64,000 nucleotides of DNA from Verrucomicrobiota bacterium (GCA_039815375.1 JBCBZJ010000005.1:82337-146336); one strand, 5' to 3'; shown: positions 32,072 to 46,257, numbered from the stretch's first letter. A program made the numbers and translations. Notes: generated by a model not told the origin, from the letters alone.

Positions 32072-33367
32072 ATGTCCAAAGCACCGATTGTAGAAGTGAT
32101 TAATTTCGGCGACGAGCTACTCGTCGGCATCCGCGAAAACTCCCACCTGACTTATCTCGGTGAGCAGCTCGTGCGCTATGGCCTGCCTATTCAACGCAGC
32201 CGTGTAATTACAGACGAGGCCTTAGAAATCAAGCGTGCGTTCCTTGATGCTTGGGCACATGCCGACATTGTCATCACAACGGGCGGACTGGGACCGACGG
32301 CGGACGACATGACGCGTGAAAATGTGGCCGAGGCACTCGATGCGGAATTAGTTTATTCTTCGGCGATACAGGCTGAAATCGAGGCACGGTTTAATTTATT
32401 GGGGCGGAAGATGGCAGCACACCACAAAAAGCAGTGCTACTGTTTTGCCGAAGGCAGTGTGTTGCATAACGAGCGTGGAACGGCCCCCGGGCTGATTCTG
32501 CAGCGTGACGGGAAAATGTTGGTGATGCTGCCCGGCCCTACGCACGAGCTGAAGCCAATGTTTGAAAAACAGGTTATCCCAAGACTGCAGGAGGTCGGTG
32601 CTCTAACTGAGGAAGAGGCTTACCTGCAACTTCGCACTTGCGGTGCAGGTGAGTCTGCGGTCGAGGAACGGTTGCAGCCAATTGTCGAAAAGTATTCCGG
32701 CCTAACAGTCGCTTTTTGTGTGCATTATGGCTTGGTCGATGTGCGTATTAGTAGCAAAGACCGCACGATCCCAATGATTCAGCTTCAGAAGATCGGACAG
32801 GAAATGCGTGAGGTCCTGGCCGAAGATTTTGTCTGCTTCGGTCATTGCTCGCTCGCTCGAGTCGTTTTCCACGAGTTGCGTGCTCTGGACCGGACCTTGG
32901 CAGTTGCTGAGTCCTGCACGGGTGGATTACTCTCTGATGCATTTACTAATATTCCGGGTGCATCGAAAATTTTTGCCGGTGGTGTGGTCTGCTACACAAA
33001 CGATGTAAAAGTCTCCAAAGTCGGTGTGCCCGAGTCGATTATTGAGCAGCACGGTGCCGTCAGCGCTGAATGTGCGATTGCCATGGCTTCCGGTATCGCA
33101 GAGCGCCTTTCAACGGACTATGGCCTTAGCGTGACAGGCTATGCCGGACCCGAAGGGGGCGATGAAAAAAATCCTGTTGGAACCATTCATCTAGGCTATC
33201 ATTCACCAGTGGGAGTCTGGGCCAAGACGGTTCGTTATACCGGTGGCCGTCTCGATGTGAAAGCCCGCGCAGTGCATGCGGCACTCGATTGGATTCGTAG
33301 AAAATTGCGAAAATACAAGGTCGAGGAGTTTCTTTGCTTCGGCGCGCGTGACTATTCGGCCGATTAG
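32072..33367 (+). CDS. cinA: Competence/damage-inducible protein CinA (NMN deamidase fusion)
   Basis: GDELL and TGGLGPTADD (MoCF-like); AESCTGG PncC domain. Confidence 0.94.
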   Translation: MSKAPIVEVINFGDELLVGIRENSHLTYLGEQLVRYGLPIQRSRVITDEALEIKRAFLDAWAHADIVITTGGLGPTADDMTRENVAEALDAELVYSSAIQAEIEARFNLLGRKMAAHHKKQCYCFAEGSVLHNERGTAPGLILQRDGKMLVMLPGPTHELKPMFEKQVIPRLQEVGALTEEEAYLQLRTCGAGESAVEERLQPIVEKYSGLTVAFCVHYGLVDVRISSKDRTIPMIQLQKIGQEMREVLAEDFVCFGHCSLARVVFHELRALDRTLAVAESCTGGLLSDAFTNIPGASKIFAGGVVCYTNDVKVSKVGVPESIIEQHGAVSAECAIAMASGIAERLSTDYGLSVTGYAGPEGGDEKNPVGTIHLGYHSPVGVWAKTVRYTGGRLDVKARAVHAALDWIRRKLRKYKVEEFLCFGARDYSAD

Positions 33368-33429
33368 AAGCCTAGAAGCCCAAGAGTGGGCTTGTCTTTA
33401 GTGGCTTGTTGAGGACTTACTTTCTGAAT

Positions 33430-34206
33430 ATGTCGGACTATGAATCGCGTTTCAGTGCTATTGGTCGACTCTACGGGGCCGAGGGTCTCGCGCGTATTCG
33501 TAAGGCCCGCGTCTGCGTGATCGGACTCGGCGGTGTCGGCTCCTGGGTAGTCGAAGCACTGGCGCGGAGCGGGATCGGTGGGTTAACACTTGTCGACATG
33601 GACGAGGTCTGCCTCAGCAACGTGAACCGCCAGATACATGCGATGGATGGCACGGTAGGTCAAAGTAAGGCCAGTGCATTGGCCGTGCGGGTAGGGAACA
33701 TCGCGCCGGAGTGCCAGGTTACCGTCGAAGAAGTCTTTTTTACGGAGGCTACGATGGATCGCCTGCTTGCGCCGCAATATGATTACATTGTCGATGCGAT
33801 CGACGCGACCAGACATAAGTGTCTGCTCATTGCGGAAGCTCGTAAACGTGGTCTCCAACTCATCACATGCGGCGGAGCCGGTGGCTGCATCGAACCAGCC
33901 CGAATCAAGATCCAAGATCTCTCACGCACGATCAACGATCCGCTTCTGCTCCAGGTGCGCAAAAAGCTTCGTCGTGAATACGGATTTCCGAGAAAGTCCC
34001 GCCAGAAGTTCAAGATCGACTGTGTCTATTCCGATGAGCTGCCCGTCTTTCCGCAGGCCGATGGATCGGTCTCTTCTGAACGCGAGTCCGGCGGGGATTA
34101 TCGCTTGAATTGCGATGTTGGCTTTGGCTCCGCGACCTACGTGACCGGCACAGTCGGATTCTTCCTTGCGGGCGAAGTGGTGAAACGTATTTCGAAAGCC
34201 AATTAG
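33430..34206 (+). CDS. tcdA: tRNA threonylcarbamoyladenosine dehydratase (ThiF family)
   Basis: GLGGVGSW, SNVNRQ and DAID motifs. Confidence 0.9.
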   Translation: MSDYESRFSAIGRLYGAEGLARIRKARVCVIGLGGVGSWVVEALARSGIGGLTLVDMDEVCLSNVNRQIHAMDGTVGQSKASALAVRVGNIAPECQVTVEEVFFTEATMDRLLAPQYDYIVDAIDATRHKCLLIAEARKRGLQLITCGGAGGCIEPARIKIQDLSRTINDPLLLQVRKKLRREYGFPRKSRQKFKIDCVYSDELPVFPQADGSVSSERESGGDYRLNCDVGFGSATYVTGTVGFFLAGEVVKRISKAN

Positions 34207-34468
34207 GCTGGATTTGCCATTGTAGGCTTCTCACCTCGATCATTGTGGACGAAGTCTGTTTGGATGCGTAGGCAGCTGTATTTTCCTAAGAACCTGATCA
34301 TCGGGCGACATGAAATCTGGGTTTGGCGCCGGAAGCAATTATGCTAACTTAAACTTGTCTAGTCATATTTTCTTCTTATTTTATTTGTTGAAATACTTAG
34401 TGAATCTGAGTGAAACACCTCTGGCCTTGTGAAAAAAGATTTAAGCTGCTTATTCTGGCACGGAAATC

Positions 34469-34798
34469 TTGAGCTGCTTGGCGAAGCGCTTAGGAATTTT
34501 TTCAGTGACTCAACATCTAAATAATCCACCCTCAATTTCCTGGTCGCACAGCGACAGCACGGCTGATTTTTACGAGCTACCGACTGACGGAAAAGAAATA
34601 CACCAAGCCCTGGATTGGTTGCTTCAGCATTACGAAAGCGTGAAACTCTGGATGGGGGTCGAGAGTTGTGACGGTGCAGAGCTTTTTCTCAGCGCCTTTC
34701 CTTCAAAGAAAGAGGAGGTTGTAAGTCGACTTGCCGCACATGCGGAGCAACTGGAAATCTTTGATCAGTTGGCAGCGAAGCCCGAACTCGCCCGTTAA
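34469..34798 (+). CDS. Hypothetical protein
   Basis: 109-aa ORF filling an intergenic gap; start uncertain. Confidence 0.45.
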   Translation: MSCLAKRLGIFSVTQHLNNPPSISWSHSDSTADFYELPTDGKEIHQALDWLLQHYESVKLWMGVESCDGAELFLSAFPSKKEEVVSRLAAHAEQLEIFDQLAAKPELAR

Positions 34799-34848
34799 AG
34801 ATTTACACTTGAACAAAAGCATGTGCTGCTTTTGCTCTCTTTCTGTCT

Positions 34849-35517
34849 ATGGAAGGTCTTTTATTTGTCGGCGTCATTATTGTTGTCGGTGTTGTCTTCT
34901 ACTTCAACTACATCAGGGCGAAGAAACGCCGCGAGGGCATGCAGGCACTGGCTTCCGAGCTCGGTCTTCGATTTAATCCTGAAAAGAACCGCAGCCTTGC
35001 CGACAAATTCGGTTTCCTTAATCATATGGATGATGGGCATCGCCGTTATGCATTCAACGTGCTTTCCGGCAGTATCGATGGGCATGAGGCCTGTATTTTC
35101 GACTATCATTACGAGACCTACTCAACCGACAGCGAAGGGCGCCGAAGAACCCGCCACTACTACTTTTCGATTTTTACGATCCAGCTTCCGGCCTTTTTTC
35201 CAGAACTGGTTATCACACGCGAGGGTATCTTCGCAAAGATTGGGCAGGCGATGGGCTTCGATGATATCGACTTCGAGTCGGTCGAGTTCTCCAAGCGTTA
35301 TAGTGTGAAATCGAAGGATAAGAAATTCGCCTACGACTTCTGCAACGTGAAAATGATAGATTACCTGCTTGAGCAGGAGGATTTGATTATTGAGGTCGAT
35401 GGTAGCACGCTGGCCCTGACTTTCAAAGGCAAGCTGGCCATCGAGCGCATACGCCCCAACATTGATCGTTTACTGAATATTCGTTCGCTCATCCCGAATT
35501 ACACCTTCTCTAATTAG
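34849..35517 (+). CDS. Membrane-anchored LemA-associated protein (DUF3137-like)
   Basis: N-terminal TM; DIDFESVEFSKRY motif; immediately upstream of lemA. Confidence 0.75.
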   Translation: MEGLLFVGVIIVVGVVFYFNYIRAKKRREGMQALASELGLRFNPEKNRSLADKFGFLNHMDDGHRRYAFNVLSGSIDGHEACIFDYHYETYSTDSEGRRRTRHYYFSIFTIQLPAFFPELVITREGIFAKIGQAMGFDDIDFESVEFSKRYSVKSKDKKFAYDFCNVKMIDYLLEQEDLIIEVDGSTLALTFKGKLAIERIRPNIDRLLNIRSLIPNYTFSN

Positions 35518-35523
35518 TCTGTC

Positions 35524-36084
35524 ATGGTTGGTCTCATTGTTACTCTTGCTATTATTGCTCTTCCCGTGGTTTTCCTGATCACGATTTACAACGGCCTCGT
35601 CTCAATCCGGAATCACATTAAAGATGCGTGGGCCAATATTGATACCGAGCTCAAGCGTCGCTACGACCTTATCCCCAACCTCGTTGAAACCGCCAAGGGT
35701 TATGCTAAACACGAGAGTGAGACACTTGAGAAGGTTATTGCCTTAAGGAACCAGTGTCAGGTCAATAACGGCTCCCCATCCCAGCAAGCTACCACTGAAA
35801 AATTGCTCGTGTCCAGCATCGGTGGGCTCTTCGCGTTGGCCGAAAATTATCCTGATCTGAAAGCAGACAAGAATTTCATGCAGCTCCAGCAGGAACTTAC
35901 CAATACCGAGGATCGTATTCAGTCTGCGCGTCGTTTCTACAACGGCAACGTCCGTGACTATCGCAATAAGGCACAGACTTTTCCCGGCAATATTGTAGCG
36001 AACATGTTTGGCTTCCCGCCCGAAGCGGAAGAGTTCTTCGAAGTTGAGCCGGTCGAACGCGAGCCGGTCAACGTGCAGTTTTAG
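35524..36084 (+). CDS. lemA: LemA family protein
   Basis: YNGLV, LKRRYDLIPNLV, AENYPDLKA and ARRFYN motifs. Confidence 0.96.
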   Translation: MVGLIVTLAIIALPVVFLITIYNGLVSIRNHIKDAWANIDTELKRRYDLIPNLVETAKGYAKHESETLEKVIALRNQCQVNNGSPSQQATTEKLLVSSIGGLFALAENYPDLKADKNFMQLQQELTNTEDRIQSARRFYNGNVRDYRNKAQTFPGNIVANMFGFPPEAEEFFEVEPVEREPVNVQF

Positions 36085-36252
36085 TCCTCAGACTTTCTTA
36101 TGCTAGGTCCCATACGACGATAGCAAACAATGATGAGAATCAGCCTTTGCGCTTTTGGTTATCACAAGTCCGGTTTATGAAAAAAGAGTCGAGCCGGCGT
36201 TGCTATGAAGCAACGTGCCGAAGTTCCGAAGGATCGCCTCGAAGTCAGGTCA

Positions 36253-36311
36253 GTGTTGAGTGCAGACGCGCCAATTGAAGCTTAGGCGTTTTCTACTCCG
36301 GCTTGTTCGGT
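36253..36311 (-). repeat. Degenerate attC-like site
   Basis: Minus strand ACCGAAC-aagcc-GGAGTAGA...GGCGCG-TCTGCAC-tcaac-ACT; the expected core GTT reads ACT. Confidence 0.5.
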
Positions 36312-36644
36312 ACCCTTGGTTAGAAATTCATCCGCATCTTGAATACCTTCAGAGTGCATGATTTTCAGTTTTTCAGTGAATGAAATGTTATCCTGATATT
36401 TAGACATCAACTGCCCGGCGCAAGCAGTTTGAGCATTCAGTTTCATTCCATTTTCTTTCGTGAAAATTATGGAGTTCATAAGGTCTTCGATATCTCCGCC
36501 GGCGAGATAGTGAGCCTGAAGAAAGAGGTGATCTACATCCAGAGAATGCTTTTGGGCCTTCTTCAATTCTCTTTTTACCTTCCCTACAGGGACACCACGG
36601 AGACGCATCATTAATGTCTCAAAAAATGGGATAGAGTATTTCAT
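36282..36644 (-). CDS. Stand-alone FloA/YqfA (UPF0365)-like domain protein, cassette-like
   Basis: MMRLRGVP...LQAHYLAGGDI motif resembles the FloA N-terminal region; ORF ends inside an attC-like site. Confidence 0.65.
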   Translation of the reverse strand: MKYSIPFFETLMMRLRGVPVGKVKRELKKAQKHSLDVDHLFLQAHYLAGGDIEDLMNSIIFTKENGMKLNAQTACAGQLMSKYQDNISFTEKLKIMHSEGIQDADEFLTKGTEQAGVENA

Positions 36645-36829
36645 TCCCTTTTGCGCCAAGCTAAGTAACCCTCAAGGTTAACAAAATTCCGCTCCTGAAA
36701 TCATAGTTCATCACTCACCTCCCAAGTTTCTGGCTGGCAAGGCAATTGATAGCGCGATCAATACGAAATTTAGAATCTGCAAAGGCATTCTTAACATTTT
36801 CAGCAAACGTAATTGAGACCACTGATTCG

Positions 36830-37219
36830 TTATGCCTGATTTTTCGACAAGGCTATATTCTTCAATCCTGCTTTACTACAGAGTTCGATCACAGAAGCTA
36901 AATCGTTGTGTGAAATCGTGGATTCAGCCCGAATCAGAATTTTTGCATCGTCCGGTAATTCCGTAAGTACTTTCTCTAATGCTTTTAAAGAGATCGGCTT
37001 GCCGCGAGTGCTTAATCCCTCCGAGGTGATCGATACTACAAAAACGTTCTCTTCTCCAAGGGCAGCGAGCTTCTCTTTGAGGGCTGCGACAATGAGTTCA
37101 TGCTTAATAATCTCTTGGCGTAGAAGTTCAGTTTCATCTTGTATTTCGATGCTCTCTGCATTGAGCAAGCAAGCAGATAGTGCGATTGTCGTGATAAAGC
37201 TGAGTATCCTTTTTTTCAT
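36830..37219 (-). CDS. Secreted ExbD/TolR-like domain protein
   Basis: Signal peptide, short coiled coil, then ILIRAESTISHNDLASVIELCSKAGLKNIAL (ExbD C-domain-like). Confidence 0.65.
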   Translation of the reverse strand: MKKRILSFITTIALSACLLNAESIEIQDETELLRQEIIKHELIVAALKEKLAALGEENVFVVSITSEGLSTRGKPISLKALEKVLTELPDDAKILIRAESTISHNDLASVIELCSKAGLKNIALSKNQA

Positions 37220-37312
37220 TTTTGTTTTTCGTGTATTCTATCGGATAAACAGGTTGAGCCGTAGACTTAGGCCTTGTCTGATCTGCTGGTAGTTCTGCCG
37301 GTTAATTACGAA

Positions 37313-38461
37313 TTAGTGTTTTTTGATTTCCTCGAAGGCCCAGTCGAGCCAGGGGAGGAGGGCCTCGATGTCAGCGGTGTCGACGGTGGCACCGCCCCAG
37401 ATGCGGATACCGGCCGGGGCGTCCCGGTAGCTACCAAAATCGTAGCCGACATCTTCTTTCTCGAGGAGGCTGACAAGCTGCTTCGCTTTGGCGGCCTGCT
37501 CCTCAGCGGACAGAGCTTGATACCAGTCGGCGGTGATCTTGAGGCAGATCGAAGTGTTGGAGCGCGTGGCGGGTTCCTCTGCCAGGAAATCGATCCAGTC
37601 ACGAGTGTCGGCCCAGTCGGCGATGGCCTGAAGGTTGGCTTCGGAGCGAGCGATAAGGGCAGGTAGTCCTCCGATCTCTTCGGCCCATTTGAGGCCGTCA
37701 AACGCGTCTTCGACGCAAAGCATGGAAACGGTGTTGATGGTCGCTCCAGAGAAGATGCCGGAAATGAGTTTGCCGCCCTTCGTCATACGGAAGATTTTGG
37801 GCAGCGGCCAGGCGGGTGTGTAGCTCTCGAGGCGCTCAACCGCGCGAGGGCTGAGCACGATCATGCCGTGGGCTGCCTCACCACCCATGACTTTTTGCCA
37901 GGACCAGGTAACGACGTCGCATTTACTGTAGTCGACATCCATGGCGAAAACGGCTGAAGTGGCATCGCAAATGGTGAGTCCAGCACGGTCCTCCGGAATC
38001 CAGTCGAGGTTGGGAACTTTCACACCGGAGGTGGTGCCATTGTAGGTGAAGACGACGTCGTTGTTGAAATCGACTTTGCTGAAATCCGGGAGCTGGCCGT
38101 AGTCGGCCACAAGCTTACGAGCGTTGTCGAGCTTGAGCTGTTTGATGGCGTCGGTGACCCAGCCGGAGCCAAAGGACTCCCAGGCGATCAGGTCGACTCC
38201 GCGGGCGCCGAGTAGGGACCACATGGCCATTTCGACGGCGCCTGTATCGGATGCGGGGACGATGCCGCAGACATAGTCTTTGGGGATGCCGAGGACGGAC
38301 TTTGACTTTTCAATGACTTCCTGGATACGAGCCTTGGCGGGTTTGGCGCGATGAGAGCGGCCTACGAGAGCGCCTTCAAGGGCCTCGAAGGACCAGCCGG
38401 GGCGCTTCGAGCAGGGGCCGGATGAAAAGAACGGGCGGGCGGGCTTTACTGTTGGTTTCAT
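37313..38461 (-). CDS. serC: Phosphoserine aminotransferase (alphaproteobacterial/Methanosarcina type)
   Basis: FSSGPC, GRSHR, SDTGAVE, DATSA, SWQK and RIWGG motifs. Confidence 0.95.
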   Translation of the reverse strand: MKPTVKPARPFFSSGPCSKRPGWSFEALEGALVGRSHRAKPAKARIQEVIEKSKSVLGIPKDYVCGIVPASDTGAVEMAMWSLLGARGVDLIAWESFGSGWVTDAIKQLKLDNARKLVADYGQLPDFSKVDFNNDVVFTYNGTTSGVKVPNLDWIPEDRAGLTICDATSAVFAMDVDYSKCDVVTWSWQKVMGGEAAHGMIVLSPRAVERLESYTPAWPLPKIFRMTKGGKLISGIFSGATINTVSMLCVEDAFDGLKWAEEIGGLPALIARSEANLQAIADWADTRDWIDFLAEEPATRSNTSICLKITADWYQALSAEEQAAKAKQLVSLLEKEDVGYDFGSYRDAPAGIRIWGGATVDTADIEALLPWLDWAFEEIKKH

Positions 38462-38898
38462 TGAAGGATGAGAGTGAGAGTAGTTGATTCAAAGATGTCG
38501 AGTGCGCTTCTGTTGGAACCTAAAATTTTGTGCTTTGCTAATTCTACACCGTCAAATTGGTTTCCGGAGGTAGTGTGGCACTATCCTCGGTCTGCATCGA
38601 GTCTCCCTGGCTGGATTTTCAAGTGCGTCCGCGCGGACCGAGACGAACCTGTCCTACCTTGAATAGATCAGGTCATGGCTGCATGTGGTTGGATGGATAC
38701 TGTCCCAAAAGGCATACTCGGAGGTTTACCTACGCTGGAGAGCAAGGGATCACTAACGTTGGTAAATCCGTAACTTGCATCGAAGACAATGATCCGGTCT
38801 GCCGAGAGAGTCGTGCAGGTGATGATTAATGCGATGCAATGGCGCGCGACCATGGCGAAGCACACAGTCTGCATCTCTGGTCCTACCACTCCTGTCGC

Positions 38899-39954
38899 TT
38901 ATTCCTGATGACTAATTAGATTACGTCGGCGGAGTTGTAACCAGAGATTCCAGGCATGGCCTTTTAGGATTTGGCGGGCGTGCTCAATCTCTGCCTTACG
39001 GGCAGCGAGGTTTTCGTTGGCAATGTTGGAAAGGTCGTCGAGGTTGTAAAGGTATACGTTGTCCAGCTCTTCGACAGCAGGATCGATGTCGCGCGGTAAG
39101 GCCAGATCAATGAGGAATAGTGGCCGGTCGGGGCGCGCGCGCATGGCGTGGCGGATCGCATCCTTGCTCAACAGCGAGCCTGGTGCAGCGGTCGAGCCAA
39201 TGACGACGTCGTAGTTGTGGAGCTGGCTGAGGAAGTCCTCAAAGTCGATGGCCGAGCCATTGAGCTCGTGGGCGAGACGGTGGGCATTTTCGAAGGTGCG
39301 GCTGCTCACGGCGATGTCTCTGACGCCTCGGCTCTTGAGGGCCTGCGCGGTTTTTTCGCCGACTTCACCACTGCCAAGCAGGAGGACCCGGCTCTTGTTG
39401 AGTTTGCCAAAGATCCGGCTGGCAAGGTCGACTGCAACATTGCCTATACTGACTTGTCCGCGGGTGATTCCCGTTTTAGTGCGTGCGGATTTCGCTGCCT
39501 GGAAGCTTTTCTCGAAAAGACGGTTCAGGACTGTGCCGGTGCTTTTGGCTGCTTTGGCTGCTGCGTAGGCTTCCTTCATTTGGCCGAGGATTTCGGTTTC
39601 ACCGACCATCTGCGAGTCGAGCCCGGCGGAGACCTCGAGTGCGTGTTGCAGGACGTCGAGATTGGTGTGCCAGAAAGAGTGCTGGTCAAAGAGGCTGCGG
39701 TCGATGCCTTGGCTGGAGCAGAGTTTCTGACGAATATTGCCTTCGAAACCATTCTTGCTGGACGCTATGCCGTAGATCTCGAGGCGGTTGCAGGTGTTGA
39801 GCACCAGACATTCGCGAATCTCGGGATCTTCGCTCAGAATTGATTGGAGCTCGCCGATTTGTTCATTGTCCAGAGTGAAACGTTCACGCATGTTGAGTGG
39901 GGCTTCATGATGGGAACTGCCCAGAACAAACAACGACTGTAAAACATCACTCAA
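38899..39954 (-). CDS. hemA: Glutamyl-tRNA reductase
   Basis: [23 protein letters not shown] and DLALPRDID motifs. Confidence 0.96.
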   Translation of the reverse strand: MSDVLQSLFVLGSSHHEAPLNMRERFTLDNEQIGELQSILSEDPEIRECLVLNTCNRLEIYGIASSKNGFEGNIRQKLCSSQGIDRSLFDQHSFWHTNLDVLQHALEVSAGLDSQMVGETEILGQMKEAYAAAKAAKSTGTVLNRLFEKSFQAAKSARTKTGITRGQVSIGNVAVDLASRIFGKLNKSRVLLLGSGEVGEKTAQALKSRGVRDIAVSSRTFENAHRLAHELNGSAIDFEDFLSQLHNYDVVIGSTAAPGSLLSKDAIRHAMRARPDRPLFLIDLALPRDIDPAVEELDNVYLYNLDDLSNIANENLAARKAEIEHARQILKGHAWNLWLQLRRRNLISHQE

Positions 39955-39974
39955 ATCAGTAGAAGATGGTAGGT

Positions 39975-40841
39975 TTAAAGGTCTGTTGGAGGCGGCACAT
40001 TGGTTTCAGCCGGAGTATGATGGTGTTCTCTTGCAGATTCGACGGGCCATAGGGAGGCAATTGCCAAAGCAAATAGAATAATCGAGGCGAGGGCATGACG
40101 TCGGGTAACGAGTTTCTTTTGGATTCGTAATATCACTACGATCAGGTAGCCGAACCAGACGATACAAGTAGCGGTCAATTTAAAGATGGGCACGAGCTCG
40201 AGATTGTTGATCCAAAAAACTGCACCAAAAACGAGTGCTGCAGTGAGGACGATGACGCCGGTAAGCAGTAGGCGTTTGGCCATGAGGTCAAGTTGTTGGA
40301 CCGAGGGTAGGTATTGGTAGACGCCGCCAAACTGTTTTTTCTTCAAGCCGTGCTGCTGCATCAGAAACATAATCGAGACGAGCGCAAGGATAGCAAAGAC
40401 CCCGTAGCTAAAGATGGCGAGGGCCGCGTGTAGTTCGATCCATGGATTGCCTCCGAAGATACCAGCCGGATAAGGTTGATCCCATCCCGGAACGAGAAGC
40501 GATACACCGGAAAGCAGCGCGGCAAGCCCTACGGTGAAGAAGCCGAGCAAGCGGAGCCTGAAGGCCGGGCCGACGACGAAGAAGAGCATCATGATAGACC
40601 ATGAGATGAACTGAGCGATCTCGAAGCTGTTGCCGAGCGGGCAGGCCTTGATTTCTGCTCCGCGCAGGTTAAGGCCGAGGGTCTGAAAAAGGAAGCCACC
40701 AGTCAGCAGCGTAAACATGACTGCACGCAAATAAGTCTTGCGCAACATAAGCATCCCCAACCCGAGTAGGAAGGCGACAGCGTAGATTCCGGCCCCGATG
40801 GCAAAGGCCGTCCGGTCCGTCATGACGAGTTCGCTCAACAT
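39975..40841 (-). CDS. Cytochrome c assembly protein CcsA/HemX-like membrane protein
   Basis: About 8 TM helices; WIELHAAL and LPSVQQLD motifs; lies between hemH and hemA. Confidence 0.8.
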   Translation of the reverse strand: MLSELVMTDRTAFAIGAGIYAVAFLLGLGMLMLRKTYLRAVMFTLLTGGFLFQTLGLNLRGAEIKACPLGNSFEIAQFISWSIMMLFFVVGPAFRLRLLGFFTVGLAALLSGVSLLVPGWDQPYPAGIFGGNPWIELHAALAIFSYGVFAILALVSIMFLMQQHGLKKKQFGGVYQYLPSVQQLDLMAKRLLLTGVIVLTAALVFGAVFWINNLELVPIFKLTATCIVWFGYLIVVILRIQKKLVTRRHALASIILFALAIASLWPVESAREHHHTPAETNVPPPTDL

Positions 40842-40880
40842 GGATGTGAGTTGAAGTAGCAAATACCTTGGTGGCAATCG

Positions 40881-41948
40881 CTAACGCTCGACATAGGCAG
40901 GTGGTGTGGCCTTGGCTGTTTCGTAGGTTCCAGCCTGCCATTGGTGAACTTTGCCAGCGAGAAAATCAATAAATGCGGGCGACTCGTTGAGACAGGGAAT
41001 CTGCTCAAAGTCTTCGCCACCGGCTTCGAGGAAGCTGTCTCGGCCCTGCATGGAGATTTCCTCAAGAGTTTCCAGACAGTCTGCAGTAAAGGCCGGACAC
41101 ATGACCTTGACCTTTTTATTCCCCTGTTCAGCAAGCTCTTCGAGAGTCTTATCTGTATAGGGCTGAAGCCAGGGCTCGCGACCGAGACGGCTTTGGAAGG
41201 TAAGCATATATTTGTCCTCGGGGATGCCTGCTGCTGCAACAAATTTCTCAACTGTCATCGCACACTGGTGACGATAGCATGTGGCATGGGCCGGGTGGCA
41301 GGTGTTGCAACAGTCATGAGTGGTGAGACAGTGGTCGTGCGACGGGTCACCTTTGACGAGATGGCGCTGCGGAATGCCGTGGAAGGAGAAGACTAGCTTG
41401 TCGAAATCATAGTCCTTGATCGAAGGCATGGCCCGAGCAACCAGACTCTCAATGTAGCCTTGGTCTTGGTAGAAAGGTGGTAGCAGGGTGGTCTTGAGGT
41501 CGGGTTTTTGATCACGAATGGCTTCCATTAAAGCGGCTACTGCAGTTTCGTAGCTCGACATCGCGTAGTGTGGATACATGGGGATGATGAAGAGGTCGTC
41601 TACTCCCTGATCCAAAAGGCTGCGAAGAGCGTCGGGCGTGGAAGGGTTTCCATAGCGCATGCCAAGCTCGACCGGGATGTCGAGTTTCTCGACGAGAGCA
41701 TTCTGCTGAGCACGGGAAGTGAGGATCAGCGGCGAGCCTTCATCGGTCCAGATTTCCTCATAGGCCTCTGCGGATTCGCGGGGGCGGGTTGGCAATATGA
41801 GGCAATTGACGAGGAACCAGCGTATCGGGTAGGGTGCATCAAGCACGCGACCGTCCATTAAGAATTCGCGCAGGTAGCTACGTACGTCGCTGACTTCGGT
41901 CGAGTCGGGTGAGCCGAGATTAAGTAATATGACGCCTTGTTGAGACAT
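40881..41948 (-). CDS. hemH: Ferrochelatase
   Basis: LLNLGSP, FSFHGIP, FQSRLG...WLQP and DCLETLEEI motifs. Confidence 0.96.
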   Translation of the reverse strand: MSQQGVILLNLGSPDSTEVSDVRSYLREFLMDGRVLDAPYPIRWFLVNCLILPTRPRESAEAYEEIWTDEGSPLILTSRAQQNALVEKLDIPVELGMRYGNPSTPDALRSLLDQGVDDLFIIPMYPHYAMSSYETAVAALMEAIRDQKPDLKTTLLPPFYQDQGYIESLVARAMPSIKDYDFDKLVFSFHGIPQRHLVKGDPSHDHCLTTHDCCNTCHPAHATCYRHQCAMTVEKFVAAAGIPEDKYMLTFQSRLGREPWLQPYTDKTLEELAEQGNKKVKVMCPAFTADCLETLEEISMQGRDSFLEAGGEDFEQIPCLNESPAFIDFLAGKVHQWQAGTYETAKATPPAYVER

Positions 41949-42091
41949 AATTTAAGAGAAGGATGGTGTGTTTGATTTTGTCAAACCAATGGCCGAGTAA
42001 GTGCTCGGGCCATGGTTTGTGAGATTTCGTTCCAGAACTAATCAGGAAAAGATCGAAAAACTTAAACTAATAGATTCGACCGAGTATTTGA

Positions 42092-44581
<2,490 letters not shown>

Positions 44582-44611
44582 GTCTTTTTCGCAATACCCG
44601 TTGAAAATTTC

Positions 44612-44645
44612 GCCCCGACCGAACTTGTTTTGGTCGGGGTTTTTT
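44612..44645 (+). terminator. Intrinsic terminator after katG
   Basis: GCCCCGACC...GGTCGGGGT followed by a T-tract. Confidence 0.85.
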
Positions 44646-44819
44646 ATGGAATGAGCATGGAACAGTGTGCTTGTTCAGTGAAGATTTTCTCCCTCCGGCA
44701 TATCTGCTATTTGGACGGTTCCAGAGGGCGTGTGAGTCGATGAGCGAGTATGTTGATCCCCTTTTATCGCCCTCCCAAGCCAAGCCGTTCTGCGAGGCAA
44801 TGAAGTTCCCGCTCTGATT

Positions 44820-45563
44820 TTAGAGGCTGAATACAGTCATAATTCCAGACATGGCCAGCCAAGCCAAAGCCATAGAGATTCCGCGAGATAAAATAGCGAT
44901 CCATGCTGCTGTGGTCCATGTCCGCACAAAGGTCATTCGTTTTACGAGAAAAATTAGCATAACGAATCCGGGAATCGAGCGAATAGGATTTTGCAGATCG
45001 GTGTTTAGAGTATAGTCAAAAAGTCCGCCGATGAAAGCGACACCCAGACTCATTAGGACCAGCTGCCAAGTGGCAGGCGAGTATGCAGAGATTTGAAAAG
45101 TGATCGCCAGCACAGCGAGAGTAAGAGCAAATTCCAGAAACAGTCCAATCGTGATAACGCGGTGCTGATCTGAGGGAGCTTTCAACCAGCCCTTATCAAT
45201 TGCCTTCTGCTCGGCTTCGAGTACTTCTTTTAGGCTCTCCAGATGTCTGCTGCTTTCGTAGCTTTCGCTGATCGGAGCCAAGGCCTCTTCGACCTCCTTA
45301 ATACTTGCTGCGATCGTTTGCTCACCCCGGTTTGTTTGAAGGTCAATGTCGAAAAGTGGCTCTTCGGGTTCTTCCAGAGAAAGTCCTAAATCAAGCAATT
45401 CAACCCCTGGGATCGGTTGGATTTCTCCGCTGCCGATTTCCATATTTGCCTTACTCTGATCTATTGCAGCTTTTGCACTCTCAAAGGACAGATTTACCTC
45501 GGGAGCTTGAGCGTGAACGACTCCGAAGCCCGTGAACAGGGCGATGAGTAGGGTGCGAAACAT
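44820..45563 (-). CDS. Hypothetical membrane protein
   Basis: Signal peptide plus about 4 C-terminal TM helices. Confidence 0.7.
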   Translation of the reverse strand: MFRTLLIALFTGFGVVHAQAPEVNLSFESAKAAIDQSKANMEIGSGEIQPIPGVELLDLGLSLEEPEEPLFDIDLQTNRGEQTIAASIKEVEEALAPISESYESSRHLESLKEVLEAEQKAIDKGWLKAPSDQHRVITIGLFLEFALTLAVLAITFQISAYSPATWQLVLMSLGVAFIGGLFDYTLNTDLQNPIRSIPGFVMLIFLVKRMTFVRTWTTAAWIAILSRGISMALAWLAMSGIMTVFSL

Positions 45564-45630
45564 AGATAAACTTTCTGATTAGGTGAATCAAATTACGGGG
45601 AACATCTGGATTGGCACAATTCAAATTTCC

Positions 45631-46257
45631 TTAATTTGTATAATCAGCAAGTGTTAGGTCTGTTTCCCGCCTGAGCCAGTCAAGTAAGTGCTGGATGGAT
45701 TGCTCGCAGGAGTGCTGCATAGAATCGGGCATGCTATCAGGTGTCGGTTCTTGAATAAGCGTTTTCGTATCACTGCGGAGGCTGACTGGGAGTTGTAGCC
45801 ACCAGGATTCGCGGACCGGGTAACCTTCGTCTTTGAGTAAAATGTAGAGGCTCTTGATGAAAACCACGGCAGCCATCTTACGCTCGGCAAAGGCATCAAG
45901 ACTGCGTTCTGCCAAATGATAAAGCGAAGGTAAGTCAGCCATATGAGTGCCATTTATGATCAACAGGTTACAGAAATCTGAAGCATAGCGTAGGCTACTA
46001 TAGCTCTGGCCAATTCGGTAGCGTCTTTCGAGAAGCTGGTAGTCGCTCACGAATCGTGCTGTGCCGTGTTTTGAGCTTTCGAGCTGCACTTCGGCAGTGT
46101 CAAATAGATCCGGTGCAGGCTTCGCTTTGTTGCCTTTCGAAGAGATTCGTTTTAAACAGAGCTGGATGCCGTCTTCCGGGCTCAGCAGGTGGAGCTTAAG
46201 AAAGGATTCGCCCGAAGTTTCTTTCCTCAGGACAAGGCTACGGCGAGCATTGTCCAT
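45631..46257 (-). CDS. RecO-like DNA repair protein (divergent)
   Basis: N-terminal LVLRKETSGES...LLSPEDG resembles the RecO OB-fold start. Confidence 0.55.
   Translation of the reverse strand: MDNARRSLVLRKETSGESFLKLHLLSPEDGIQLCLKRISSKGNKAKPAPDLFDTAEVQLESSKHGTARFVSDYQLLERRYRIGQSYSSLRYASDFCNLLIINGTHMADLPSLYHLAERSLDAFAERKMAAVVFIKSLYILLKDEGYPVRESWWLQLPVSLRSDTKTLIQEPTPDSMPDSMQHSCEQSIQHLLDWLRRETDLTLADYTN

Noticed and set aside
38557..38889. Short ORFs or a riboswitch upstream of serC
   Set aside because: No recognisable protein or RNA motif; cannot be supported.
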